Source: an uncultured candidate division Zixibacteria bacterium
GTDB taxonomy: Bacteria; Zixibacteria; MSB-5A5; GN15; FEB-12
Direction: 5' to 3'
Length of the DNA: 64,000 bases
NCBI GenBank assembly: GCA_963735035.1
Contig: CAVTJJ010000004.1
Span: forward strand, 288,001-352,000
The notes beneath the pieces were generated by a model that had not been told where the DNA came from, made no database searches, and saw only the letters and a program-made list of their open reading frames with translations. Below are positions 1 to 10,013 of the stretch, piece by piece. A program made the translations under genes and the position numbers. The stretch's first letter is position 1. Every line of letters begins with the position of its first letter.

Positions 1-1
1 A

Positions 2-442
2 GTAAATGCCCGCCAGCGTCAAATCGTGGTGGATCGCTCCCGTATCGCTCTCGGCAAAGTGGCCGGTAAGACCGTAACGCTGCTCGGGCTGGCGTTCAAG
101 CCGGACACAGATGACACCCGCGAGGCGCCGGCGTTACATATTGCCGCTGCGCTCATGAAAGAGGGGGCGCGAGTGAATGCATACGATCCGGTAGCCATGG
201 ATGAAACCCGGAAGGCTCTACCGAACGTCAATTACTACAACGACCCGTATACTGCCTGTGAAAAGAGCGATTTGGTGATAATTGTCACCGAATGGAACGA
301 GTTCCGTGATCTCGATCTCGAGCGGGTCAGACAGCTAGTTCGCACCCCGATTCTGTACGACACGCGTAATATCTACGAACCGAAGAGAGCCCGGGGGCTC
401 GGGTTCGAATATCTGTGTACGGGAAGAGCGGCGGTGAAGTAG
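2..442 (+). CDS. ugd: UDP-glucose/GDP-mannose dehydrogenase family, C-terminal part (5'-truncated by window edge)
   Basis: GLAFKPDTDDTREAP, YDPVA, VTEWNEF and DTRNIY motifs of the UDP-binding domain; frame open from position 2. Confidence 0.9.
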   Translation, partial: VNARQRQIVVDRSRIALGKVAGKTVTLLGLAFKPDTDDTREAPALHIAAALMKEGARVNAYDPVAMDETRKALPNVNYYNDPYTACEKSDLVIIVTEWNEFRDLDLERVRQLVRTPILYDTRNIYEPKRARGLGFEYLCTGRAAVK

Positions 443-638
443 GCCTCAGGCTTCTCTCATTATCAAATCAGTCGCACTTAACGTCATTGCGAGCGGAGAT
501 GGCTCGCCGTCAGGCGAGTCATCGTAGCGCGGCAATCTCAAGCAAGCTGCCGCCCAGCAATTCGAGATCGCCACGGCAGCCAAGGGCGGCCTCGCGATGA
601 CGGTTGGGGGAAGAGCGGCGGTGAAGTAAGCCTCAGGC
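421..638 (+). repeat. 31-bp direct repeat pair (421-451 and 608-638, one mismatch) flanking a palindromic element
   Basis: gggaagagcggcggtgaagtaGgcctcaggc versus gggaagagcggcggtgaagtaAgcctcaggc. Confidence 0.9.
483..601 (+). repeat. RPE-like palindromic element, copy 1
   Basis: GTCATTGCGAG...GCGGCAATCTC...GAGATCGCCAC...CTCGCGATGAC; seven related copies in the window. Confidence 0.9.
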
Positions 639-2624
639 CTTGACCTGAGCATCTTCATGCCAGACGGAAAATTCACTGCGGTCGATCGGCTTGGGTAGAT
701 CGAAATTCTGCAGGAATCGGTGCGCCAGGAGCTGGGTCGAGAGTATCCCGACAAAAGCCATATTGTCTTTGAACGACAGATGCTCGTCGGCACCTTTCTG
801 ACATTTCTTATAGAGCAGTGCCACGGACTTCGGGTTGAAAAGCCCCGTGCGTTTGATCGCATCTTCCGAGAGCATTTCCGCCACATAGGTCGGGGAGTCG
901 GGCTGAACGAAGCAGTTTGAGTCCGGCGCCATGTACGGTTGCTTTACCCGTTTGACTATTTCCGGTGGAAGCTCCGGTTTCATGGCTTTCTTCAGGATGT
1001 ACTTCTCAATCAATCCAAAAATCTTGTAGCCGGGCGGAACGGTGGCCGCAAATTCGGCGACGCGGTGATCAAGAAACGGGAACCGGCCTTCGACCGAGTT
1101 GGCCGCACATACCCGATCTCCCTGCGAAGACAACAAGTAGCATGACAGGAGCGACCGACTCTCCAGAAATTGCGCCCGCGCCAGCGGATGCCAACGGCTA
1201 AACCCGGACGGCAGGTCGCGTCCGAACGCCCCGACGGAATCGTAATCGCCAATGGCAGTACGAATTTCGGGGGTGAAGAATTCTTTCAGGCGAGTCGTCG
1301 TGTTTATCCTCGGAATATGTGAGAAATAGAACTCAGAGATCTTGTCGAGACCTGACTTATAGAACTGCTCCAGATAATGTTTCGCCCGTGCCCCAGAAAC
1401 CGGCAGCGTCGGATATAGTTCCCTCAGCACCGACGGCCGCCATTTTGATTCGGGATTTCTGGCCCAGAAAGCGCGGATGAGCGTCTCTTTGAATATATCA
1501 TAGCCGCCGAGCATTTCGTCGGAGCCTTCGCCGGTCAGCACCACTTTGAAATTGTTCTGTCGTACCAGGCCGGACAGGAGCAGGAGCGGGGTGGGTGCAG
1601 TCCGAACCAGCGGACGTTCGGTGTGCCAGATCACGCGCGGGAATTCTTCGGCGATGGAGCGGTACGTGCAATTGATCGTGTGATGGCTTGTCCCGAGATG
1701 TTTCGCCATCTGCATCTGATACTTCGATTCATCGTATGCCTTGTCCTCGAACGTTACCGAGAACGTCTCCAGCCGTGATTGAGTGAAGTGTCTTATCAAC
1801 GCCGTTGTCACGGACGAATCCAACCCGCCGGAAAGATACGCTCCCACCGGAACATCGGCCCGCAACTGGAGCCGGACTGAGTCAATCAACAGGGCGCGCA
1901 GTTCTTCGGCGTACGACTCGACCGGTCGCTCACGATCGAATTGCTCCGGGAAAGTCATCGTCCAGTAGCGGCCGTTCTTGACATCGCCATCCTTTACTTC
2001 GAGCCAGGTGCCGGCTTCGAGCTCGTTGATCCCTTCGAACATTGTCCGCGGTGGGGCAGAGGTCCACCAGGTGAAAGTTTCGTCGAGACCCTTTAGATCA
2101 AGTCTTCTCGGTATTCGAGGATCGCAGAGGATCGCTTTGATCTCGGATGCGAAATAGAAACGTCCGTCGTGGACGGCATAGAAGCAGGGTCTGATACCGA
2201 GCCGGTCACGCGAAACGAACAAAGTCCGGTTGCGTCGGTCATAGAGTGCGAATGCAAACTGGCCGTTGAAATGATCCACACAATTGCGGCCGTACTGCTC
2301 ATAGGCGTGGACGATAACTTCGGTGTCGGAATTGGTGCGAAACTTGTGCCCCTGTATCTCCAACTCCTGACGCAACTCGATGTAGTTGAAAATCTCGCCG
2401 TTGAAGGTGATCCACAGGTTGCCGTCTTCGTTGCACAACGGCTGTGACCCTCCGGCCAGATCGATAATCGACAGCCGCGCCTGTCCCAGGCCACAGCGGT
2501 CGTCGAAATACGCCCCGAACTCGTCCGGGCCGCGATAGCGGATAGCGTTCACCATGCGCCCGATCAACTCACGATCCGGGGGCGCCGGCTCTTTCATCTG
2601 GAAGTATCCCGCTATTCCGCACAT
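633..2624 (-). CDS. asnB: Asparagine synthase (glutamine-hydrolysing)-family amidotransferase
   Basis: N-terminal MCGIAG, RGPD, RLSIID, FNGEIFN, LSGGLDSS, GEGSDE, RFPFLD motifs. Confidence 0.93.
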   Translation of the reverse strand: MCGIAGYFQMKEPAPPDRELIGRMVNAIRYRGPDEFGAYFDDRCGLGQARLSIIDLAGGSQPLCNEDGNLWITFNGEIFNYIELRQELEIQGHKFRTNSDTEVIVHAYEQYGRNCVDHFNGQFAFALYDRRNRTLFVSRDRLGIRPCFYAVHDGRFYFASEIKAILCDPRIPRRLDLKGLDETFTWWTSAPPRTMFEGINELEAGTWLEVKDGDVKNGRYWTMTFPEQFDRERPVESYAEELRALLIDSVRLQLRADVPVGAYLSGGLDSSVTTALIRHFTQSRLETFSVTFEDKAYDESKYQMQMAKHLGTSHHTINCTYRSIAEEFPRVIWHTERPLVRTAPTPLLLLSGLVRQNNFKVVLTGEGSDEMLGGYDIFKETLIRAFWARNPESKWRPSVLRELYPTLPVSGARAKHYLEQFYKSGLDKISEFYFSHIPRINTTTRLKEFFTPEIRTAIGDYDSVGAFGRDLPSGFSRWHPLARAQFLESRSLLSCYLLSSQGDRVCAANSVEGRFPFLDHRVAEFAATVPPGYKIFGLIEKYILKKAMKPELPPEIVKRVKQPYMAPDSNCFVQPDSPTYVAEMLSEDAIKRTGLFNPKSVALLYKKCQKGADEHLSFKDNMAFVGILSTQLLAHRFLQNFDLPKPIDRSEFSVWHEDAQVKA

Positions 2625-2652
2625 ATGAGTCTTTTTCCGCGATGTCCTATCT

Positions 2653-4239
2653 TTAGTGTGCCGGTCCCGAAAATTTCGTATTCTTGCCCAGCATCTGCTC
2701 TTTTACCAGCAACTTGTTCACTTTGCCCGATTGATATTTTGGCAGACTTTCTACAAAAGTCACGGACCGGGGCACTTTGAACTGGGCCAGACCTTTCTGA
2801 CACCAGCCCTGTATCTGTTTGTCGTCGGCGTGACAGCCCGGTCGCAACACGACCACGGCGTGAATCGCCTCGCCGAGGATATCATCCGGCACTCCGAACA
2901 CGGCCGCCTCGGCAATCGCCTCGTGGGCCACAATTCGTTCTTCGATTTCTTTAGCGCTCACCCTGTGTCCGGCCGCTTTGATGATCTCCCGCTTGCGACC
3001 AACTATGAAGATGAACCCTTCGGCATCCTGATACGCCAGGTCGCCGGTAATCAACCAGCCGTCGCGTAACACTTCGGCGGTTGCCTCGGGCTGATTCCAG
3101 TAGCCCAACATGACATTTGGCCCGCCGACCGCAATTTCGCCGGTCTCGCCCTGAGGAAGATCCTTGCCGTTTTCATCGGTGATCTTCACGGTTACGCCCG
3201 GTACTGCTATGCCTATTGAACCGAGCTTGTCGCTCAGACGTTCCGGCGGCAGATAAGTAACGCGCGGGGCGGCTTCGGTCTGGCCGTACATGATCCAGAT
3301 TTCCTGATTTGGGCAGGCTTCACAAAGGCGGCGGGTCACTTCGGGCGCCATCGCGCCGCCGGCCTGGGTGATATATCTCAAATCGGCCAGCTTGCGTTTG
3401 GCGATGGATGACTTGCTGAGCGCCATCATGAAGGTCGAAGGCACTCCGGAGAAGCCAGTCGCCTTCGATTCTTCCAGAGTATCGAGCACCAGTTCCGGGT
3501 ACATGAAGCGGTTGTCGATCACGACATGACCTCCGCAGGCGACATGGGTCAGCAGGAGCGAGTTGCCGTAGATATAATAGAATGGCAATATGACCAGCAC
3601 TGAATCGTCCTGAGTCAGACGAAGATACTCAACTGTCGCCAGCGTGTTTGAGATCAGATTGCGATGCGACAACATGACACCCTTCGGTTCGCCGGTCGAA
3701 CCCGAAGTATAGAATATGGCCGCCAATTCGTGCGGAGCCTGGTCAGCATTCGGAAGCGTTGCTGCGGCCCGGCTCAGGCTCGGAATCGGTGCGGCGGAGT
3801 CGATGATTTCGCCAATTGACTCTACGGGAACGGATCGAGCGGTCCCCAGTTGCTTGTCGGAGATGATCAATTCTAGTTCGAGGTTGTCGCCGATGATGGC
3901 GTCAAGTTGACGGCGATACTTCCCCTGCACCAGGAGCACCTGCGCACCGCAGTCGGACAAGATGTAATTCAGATTCTCAGGTGCGAGCGAGGTATCCAAC
4001 GGCACGATCACCAGGTCGGCCATGTACGCGGCGAAATAGCAGATGAGGTATTCAATAGTGTTCTCGAACAGAATGGCGGCGCGTGTCTCGGGCGGTAGTT
4101 GCAGCTGTTTGAGCCGTTCGGCCAGAGCCGCCGATGAACGATACAGCTCACCGTAAGTGATACTGCGCCCAAGATGAATCGCCGCCGTCTTCCCTTCGGA
4201 AGCGGCGGCGGTCTTTATCAGAAGATCAGAAACTTTCAT
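2653..4239 (-). CDS. AMP-forming acyl-CoA/acyl-ACP ligase (class I adenylate-forming enzyme)
   Basis: YTSGSTGEPKG, MYGQTE, TGDLA, PKYQSGKV motifs; next to an ACP gene. Confidence 0.9.
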   Translation of the reverse strand: MKVSDLLIKTAAASEGKTAAIHLGRSITYGELYRSSAALAERLKQLQLPPETRAAILFENTIEYLICYFAAYMADLVIVPLDTSLAPENLNYILSDCGAQVLLVQGKYRRQLDAIIGDNLELELIISDKQLGTARSVPVESIGEIIDSAAPIPSLSRAAATLPNADQAPHELAAIFYTSGSTGEPKGVMLSHRNLISNTLATVEYLRLTQDDSVLVILPFYYIYGNSLLLTHVACGGHVVIDNRFMYPELVLDTLEESKATGFSGVPSTFMMALSKSSIAKRKLADLRYITQAGGAMAPEVTRRLCEACPNQEIWIMYGQTEAAPRVTYLPPERLSDKLGSIGIAVPGVTVKITDENGKDLPQGETGEIAVGGPNVMLGYWNQPEATAEVLRDGWLITGDLAYQDAEGFIFIVGRKREIIKAAGHRVSAKEIEERIVAHEAIAEAAVFGVPDDILGEAIHAVVVLRPGCHADDKQIQGWCQKGLAQFKVPRSVTFVESLPKYQSGKVNKLLVKEQMLGKNTKFSGPAH

Positions 4240-4272
4240 TTTGTCCCAACGGCGACGGGAGCCGGAGAGAGA

Positions 4273-4536
4273 TCAGCCGGCTTTTCTCTGTACGAACGCC
4301 GCCAGATTGTCGACCGAATCGAGGTTGGCCGGGATCATTTCCTCGTCTTCGACCGTAATGCCGTAAGTCTGTTCCAGATGTGAGACGAGCTCCAGGACTC
4401 CGGTCGAATCTATGATTCCCTTTTCCATGAAAGAATCGCCGTTCTCGAACCCTTCCGAGTCGTCGCCGAACAGGAAAGTTTCCAGTATGAAAGTCCTGAG
4501 TTCCTCGCGGATCGAATTGAGTTTTGCTACTGTCAT
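4273..4536 (-). CDS. Acyl carrier protein
   Basis: 87 aa, acidic, GIIDSTGVLELV phosphopantetheine-Ser motif. Confidence 0.9.
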   Translation of the reverse strand: MTVAKLNSIREELRTFILETFLFGDDSEGFENGDSFMEKGIIDSTGVLELVSHLEQTYGITVEDEEMIPANLDSVDNLAAFVQRKAG

Positions 4537-4568
4537 GATCTTGTCCGTGTCTTTTCCTGGGTTAGGTT

Positions 4569-5543
4569 CTACCGTATCGGGGTCATCTCGAGCGGCGTCG
4601 CCCGGAGATATTCGGTGGCGACAATCTTCCGCTTGATGTTGGCGTAACCCCGCTCCACCTGTTGCTCATTGAGCCCCAGCACCGCGGCCGCCTCGGCGGG
4701 AGAAACGTTGTTCTCCATAGCGTACCAGAGCATGTCCATGGTATAGAAATCGAGGCCGAAGAAGAACTCTTCCTGCGTAACCTCGAAACTGTACGTATCC
4801 GTAGTCGGCGTCCGCTTGATGATTTCCTGCGGCACGCCTATGGCTTCGGCAATTTGATACACCTGGATCTTGAACAAATTGGCGATCGGTTTCATGTCCG
4901 CGCCACCGTCGCCGTACTTCACGAAGAACCCCTGCATATGTTCGTCTTTGTTGCCGGTACCGATTACCGCCCAGTTCCGTTTCTCGCCATGATAATAGAG
5001 CGTCGTCATCCGCAGCCGCTGCTTCAGATTCGACGACGCCACCACCTGGAGGTACGATTCGAGCGGCATCCGTTTCGTCAAGACTTCACCCTTGAGGTTC
5101 TCGACCGTCAGGTTGAAAAAGTTGAAAGTGTCTTTTTCGAGGATATTGGTGGGGGTGACGATCTTGTTCTTCCAGCCATCGGTGTATTCGGGGAAGACCA
5201 TGCGGATAGCCTCGTCGCGACGACGATAGCAACCCAGACCGGTTAACCCGCCGCTGATGTCTTCCTTGAGGGTTTCGAAACCGAATTTCTTGGCCAGTAC
5301 GCGAGCCAGTCGCTCGCTTTCGGATGACGAGTCCGTTTCCGGCATCATGATTCCGACCACCCGTTTGGGCCCTAGCGCCCGGGCGCACAGGGCGGCGCAG
5401 ACCGAGGAATCAATCCCGCCGGAAATGCCTATTACGGCACCTGATTTTTTGAGGACCCGACCGACCTGGTGCCGGATTTCGGATTCCATCTGTTCCGCCG
5501 TCTTGGCAGCGTCGATTTTGAGACTGTCCTTAGTAAACTTCAA
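4569..5543 (-). CDS. nadE: NH3-dependent NAD+ synthetase-like protein (ACP/AsnB-associated type)
   Basis: ISGGIDSS PP-loop, NLKQRLRM, GFFVKYGDG, PTTDT; TTG start. Confidence 0.8.
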   Translation of the reverse strand: MKFTKDSLKIDAAKTAEQMESEIRHQVGRVLKKSGAVIGISGGIDSSVCAALCARALGPKRVVGIMMPETDSSSESERLARVLAKKFGFETLKEDISGGLTGLGCYRRRDEAIRMVFPEYTDGWKNKIVTPTNILEKDTFNFFNLTVENLKGEVLTKRMPLESYLQVVASSNLKQRLRMTTLYYHGEKRNWAVIGTGNKDEHMQGFFVKYGDGGADMKPIANLFKIQVYQIAEAIGVPQEIIKRTPTTDTYSFEVTQEEFFFGLDFYTMDMLWYAMENNVSPAEAAAVLGLNEQQVERGYANIKRKIVATEYLRATPLEMTPIR

Positions 5544-5954
5544 CAGGCACTACCCTTCCGAGGCTTTGGTTTCGGCTCACGATCTTCTAACGGCCTGCAA
5601 AATAGGCGGTTGGATAACAAACACAACCCTAAATCGATTGGTTCCCTTCCGCCCGGGGCCGGTCGGCGCACATTCGTGGGCCGACTTAGAATATATCGAC
5701 AACTCCGGCAGGGCCTTGAACCGGCGTTACTTAGCTGCGGGATCGCCCGGCCGCGATCTCAGACCAATCTGGCCGTCAGAGCTCCCGTAGCCCGCGAAAA
5801 AGGAATTGGTTCGGGCCAAGAACCCTCCGTATATTTTCTCAGTGGTTCGCATTTACGGAACACGCCGGGAGTCGGCCAGGGCCCGGCAAATAGAGGAAAC
5901 CTTTGTCCCTGCCGATGTTACAAGGGATGGTTCCCACTTCCTGAGGAATAGAAA

Positions 5955-7478
5955 ATGGCTACAATCAAGTCGGTCGGACTAATAGATCTTCGCGATATCT
6001 TCGGCATGCTCTGGCGCCGGAAGTGGCTGGTGGTGCTGCCCCTTCCGCTGGTGGCCGCGCTGGCTTTTGCCGGTTCGTACCTGCTTACCCCCGAGTATGA
6101 ATCGTCGAGTATTATTGCGATCGACCCCCAGGTGCAGTTGATCGGCGATCTACAGCGGATGCTCAGCGAACCGTCGAGTTACACCCTGATGCAAAGCCGC
6201 GACCGTGGCAGCCTGCTTCGCAGTATCTACAACGAAATCACGTCGAGCCATTACGCCGAACTGGTCGGTGAGCGGATGACGTTGGTGGCGTCGCACAAGA
6301 TCGAAGAAAAGGCCCGCGAATATGTCAACATGCAGGCCAACCTGACCATCGAAAAGGCTCGCCTGATGGTGCTTCAGGATATCCTTCAGGAATCGGTGGC
6401 ACTGGATTGGGCGGCCGGCGATCAGATCAAAATCACCGTCAATTCGACTGATGCTGTCGAAGCGCGGGACATGGCCAACAATCTCGGCGACATTTTCATA
6501 GCGGAAAAGATGCGCGAAGACCTGAACGATATCCGCTCCTCTCAGGATTTTTCCGATGTCCAGCTTCAGAAATATGAACGCCAGGTGCAGGATAAGACTT
6601 CCGATGTCACCCGCGTCGAGCAGCGGCTGGCGCGTCTGCGCACCAACGACGGCACAACTTCGGAAACCAACCGCTCTGGTCTGGAAGACGAGATAAGTCA
6701 GACCGAATCTGAAGTCGACGATCTCCGCAGTCAGGAGCGCACCACGCTGGCCCGTCTCAAAGGGGTTTCCGGGCTGAATCTCAAAGACATTGAATTGTCC
6801 AGCACGGACGCCAAGAAAGAGGCCGAATCGGAATTGGAGACCCGCCAGAAAGATATCGGCGAGTTGCTCAGCAAGTACACCTGGAACAACCCCCAGGTGA
6901 TCAATTACAAACTGCGGCAGAACCACCTCCTCGACGTGGTCGAGAGCGAAAACAAGATTCTGGCGAACAGCCAGTTTGCGCAATACGATCAGCCCATCCG
7001 CAACGATCTGGCCACGTTGGTCAACGTACGCATGCGCCTGAATTACTTGTACGCCAAGAAACCGTACCTGGAGTCGGCGCTCGGCGATCTCACTCCGGCT
7101 ACTGATCTAATTCCGGAACTAGAAGCTCAACTTTCTCAATTCCAGCGTGAGTTGCAGGTGGCAATAGATATTCGCGACCGGTTCCGTCGCCAGCAGGAGA
7201 GCTCGAACATTTCCCAGGCGTTGCTCGAGGATCGTTCGTCGAGCAAGTATCGCAAAGTCGAACCGGCCAAGATGCCGCTCGTGCCGGTCAGCCCGAATCG
7301 GATGAAGATACTCGCGATGGGTATCGTGCTCGGCTTGGCGATCGGCGGCGCCGCGGTTCTAACGGCTGAGCTGATGGACAGCTCGTTCAAGAAGGTCGAG
7401 GATGTTGAAGAGATTCTCGGCATCCGTGTAATCGGTATTTCTCCCAAGCTCGATTTCGAAAAGAAGATGACGGGGTAG
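5955..7478 (+). CDS. Polysaccharide chain-length determinant (Wzz/GumC/Wzc N-terminal type)
   Basis: N-terminal LWRRKW plus TM helix, long coiled coil, C-terminal EPAKMP..PVSPN plus TM helix. Confidence 0.88.
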   Translation: MATIKSVGLIDLRDIFGMLWRRKWLVVLPLPLVAALAFAGSYLLTPEYESSSIIAIDPQVQLIGDLQRMLSEPSSYTLMQSRDRGSLLRSIYNEITSSHYAELVGERMTLVASHKIEEKAREYVNMQANLTIEKARLMVLQDILQESVALDWAAGDQIKITVNSTDAVEARDMANNLGDIFIAEKMREDLNDIRSSQDFSDVQLQKYERQVQDKTSDVTRVEQRLARLRTNDGTTSETNRSGLEDEISQTESEVDDLRSQERTTLARLKGVSGLNLKDIELSSTDAKKEAESELETRQKDIGELLSKYTWNNPQVINYKLRQNHLLDVVESENKILANSQFAQYDQPIRNDLATLVNVRMRLNYLYAKKPYLESALGDLTPATDLIPELEAQLSQFQRELQVAIDIRDRFRRQQESSNISQALLEDRSSSKYRKVEPAKMPLVPVSPNRMKILAMGIVLGLAIGGAAVLTAELMDSSFKKVEDVEEILGIRVIGISPKLDFEKKMTG

Positions 7479-7509
7479 TAGCGACTGTGCTATCGCGAAT
7501 TGTCGTGTG

Positions 7510-7710
7510 CCCGGCAGATGTCCACATCTGCCGGGTTTCTTGTGGCCGTTGGCGTACGCAACACGTGCGTAAGTTGCGTCAGGTCTTACCAGGCATGTAG
7601 GTCGGGTTTGCGGAGTCATGAGCGTAGCGAACGACGACAAACCCGACATTTACCCATGCAAAGCGATGTCGGGTTGCTCCCTCAAGTAATCCATGGGCGC
7701 AACCCGACCC
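7510..7710. repeat. Cluster of REP-like hairpins
   Basis: ccggcagatg-tc-cacatctgccgg (also near 38729), gtcgggtttg...caaacccgac, gtcgggttgc...gcaacccgac. Confidence 0.7.
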
Positions 7711-7852
7711 ACTATCCTGCCAACTTAACCGTTTGCGCCAGACACCCCCACGCACTATACTCCCCCGGTTGTAGCGCCGGATACAGCTAACCTGTTGACT
7801 ATTCAGCTCCGGCGCTCGTGATTCGATAGGACTGACTCGGCAAGGGACCTGC

Positions 7853-9889
7853 TTGTACCATCGCGTATTGATCTTAGTGGCCGACGGCGCCCGTGACGAC
7901 CTCACCCGGCAACTGCTCGACAACGGTTTCCTGCCGAATATCAAGAAGCATATTGTCGACCGGGGCTGCTATCGCACCGCGCTGACCGTGTATCCGTCCA
8001 CCACCGGCCCGGCCCACATACCGTTCGTGTGCGGCATTCACCCCGGCACGGCCAATATCCCCGGCTATCGCTGGCTAGATCGATACCTGCACGACCAGAA
8101 ACGACGCTCGATCTATCGCCATCGCTCGCTAAACAGCCCGCGCGGCCTGATGGTTGGGCGAGATATGGACCATGACAAATCAATCTCGCTCTACGAATAC
8201 TACGACAACCCCAGTTCTGTGCTGGAACTGATCGATTACTGTCCCAATAAGCATCTATACAAGATCATTGCCCGGCGGCTTCTTAGGATCGTGCAGGCGC
8301 ACAAGAGCGACGATTGGTCGAAGGTCGACAACATGGTGGAATCGGTTGTCATCAAGCGGATTCGCGCCGACAGCCATTGTATTATAGGAAGTTTCTTTGG
8401 CATCGACGAATACTCACACCTCTACGACCCATTTCACGAAAAGACGGTCGCCGCCTATCGCAATATCGACCGAGCCATAGGCGAGATCGCCGAGGTGCTC
8501 ATAGATGAAGACGTTTACGACGAGACCGTTATTGCAATCGTGTCCGACCACGGCCTTAGCAGCACGACCGTGCACATTCCGCTGGTCGATATCGTTAAGC
8601 AGCACGGTTTCGATCCGCACTATTATCCTAAGCTGTATCGTCGGGGTCGCGATTCCGCCGTCTGCGAAAGCGGCAACGCCATGGCGCAGGTCTATTTCAA
8701 GCGCGGTGCAAAATGGGGCGGGCATTGGAATTGGGAAGAACTCCAACAGGATGGCCGTTGTCGCTCGCTGATTGACGACGTCGTAAGACGCGAGGGGGTG
8801 ACGTTTGTAGCGGCGCGCGACGGACAGGATGGAATCGTGTTCGCAGGGCCGGAAGGTCATCTGAAGGCGCGTCGTTCCGGCGATGTATATGATGTCACTC
8901 TTGACGGTGTCGATCCGCTCGGGGGTCATCCGGTGGGGCGTTTCACTAAGGACGAGCTTCTTCGATCAACCTACGATTTCACTTATCCCGATGCAGTCAA
9001 TCAACTGTTCATGCTTTTCTCCAGCCGGCGTTCCGGTGACATCGCAGTCAACGCCGAGCCGGGGTTCGATCTCAGGCTGCAATATGAAGATCCTGAGCAT
9101 CATGGCTCGCACGGTTCGTTGCACAAAGAGCACATGCACGTGCCGTTGATGATTTCGATTCCGCTGGTGAGCCGTCATGTCTCCAACTGCGACCTCGTGC
9201 CGACTTTGCTTTCGCTCATGGGCAAGGTGCCGCTACGACCGACCGACGGCCGAATTCTGAAGACCGAGGCTGAGCATCAAGTGCCAAAGGTCGAAGAGTC
9301 AGAGACAGCAAAGAAGAAGGGCAATCTACTACCGATTCTCCTCACGATCGGCATCATTGTACTCGGCCTTGTGCTGAGCATGATCTTTCAGAATGATGTC
9401 CAGCGCGCCGGTGAGTATCTGTTGACGACTTATGGCCAGGGTTGGGTTGACGGTATACTCCTGCTGCTTACTGCCGTCAGTAGCACACCGCTCGTCTTCC
9501 CGATCTGGCCGTATGTCATGATCGGTGTAGCTCTCGGGTATGGGATTTTCCATCTGGCGCTGGTGATGGCGCTGGGGTCGGCTACCGGTTCATTGGTAGA
9601 GTTCTACATGGGGAGATATTTTGGCGAGTCGGCCTGGTTCAAGAAACGGTTTCCTAACGTCCACAAACATCCGTGGACGCACGGCAAGTCGAAGAAATAT
9701 GTCACCTGGATGCTGTTCATCGGGACCGCCTCGCCGATTCCGTGCAATGTCTTCTACATCGCCTGCGGCGTCAAACGGTACTCGGCTATTTTGTTCTGGG
9801 TGACGATGGTAGCCGCGCGGCTGGTTCGGTATATCTATCTCGGTATCGGCTTCAGGTACTTCCCTGAGCTGCTGAAGAAGTTCATTTGA
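7853..9889 (+). CDS. Alkaline-phosphatase-superfamily (nucleotide pyrophosphatase/phosphodiesterase) domain fused to a C-terminal DedA/VTT-like membrane domain
   Basis: LVADGAR, PSTTGPAH, DEYSH, SDHG, GSHGSL metal/nucleophile motifs; hydrophobic C-terminus with GSATGSLVEFYMGR and SPIP; TTG start. Confidence 0.78.
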   Translation: MYHRVLILVADGARDDLTRQLLDNGFLPNIKKHIVDRGCYRTALTVYPSTTGPAHIPFVCGIHPGTANIPGYRWLDRYLHDQKRRSIYRHRSLNSPRGLMVGRDMDHDKSISLYEYYDNPSSVLELIDYCPNKHLYKIIARRLLRIVQAHKSDDWSKVDNMVESVVIKRIRADSHCIIGSFFGIDEYSHLYDPFHEKTVAAYRNIDRAIGEIAEVLIDEDVYDETVIAIVSDHGLSSTTVHIPLVDIVKQHGFDPHYYPKLYRRGRDSAVCESGNAMAQVYFKRGAKWGGHWNWEELQQDGRCRSLIDDVVRREGVTFVAARDGQDGIVFAGPEGHLKARRSGDVYDVTLDGVDPLGGHPVGRFTKDELLRSTYDFTYPDAVNQLFMLFSSRRSGDIAVNAEPGFDLRLQYEDPEHHGSHGSLHKEHMHVPLMISIPLVSRHVSNCDLVPTLLSLMGKVPLRPTDGRILKTEAEHQVPKVEESETAKKKGNLLPILLTIGIIVLGLVLSMIFQNDVQRAGEYLLTTYGQGWVDGILLLLTAVSSTPLVFPIWPYVMIGVALGYGIFHLALVMALGSATGSLVEFYMGRYFGESAWFKKRFPNVHKHPWTHGKSKKYVTWMLFIGTASPIPCNVFYIACGVKRYSAILFWVTMVAARLVRYIYLGIGFRYFPELLKKFI

Positions 9890-9948
9890 TGTCGACTCTA
9901 CCTAACTGGCTGTAATACAATCGCATAAGTGATATTTCAGGATAACCC

Positions 9949-10013
9949 TTGACTATTCCGGGAACTTTCCGATATTATTAACTGTATAGTTAGTTAAACT
10001 GAATGGTTAGTTA
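9949..10013 (+). promoter_or_regulatory. Sigma70 promoter with tandem TetR-type operators
   Basis: TTGACT-N18-TATTAT; palindrome TAACT-GTAT-AGTTA at 9979-9992; 17-bp tandem repeat at 9980-9996 and 9997-10013. Confidence 0.7.

Noticed and set aside
415..600. Recurring short ORFs with SLRAEMARRQA / LRLPRYD peptides (also near 17301, 19360, 25261, 50079)
   Set aside because: They are translations of the palindromic repeat, not a protein family
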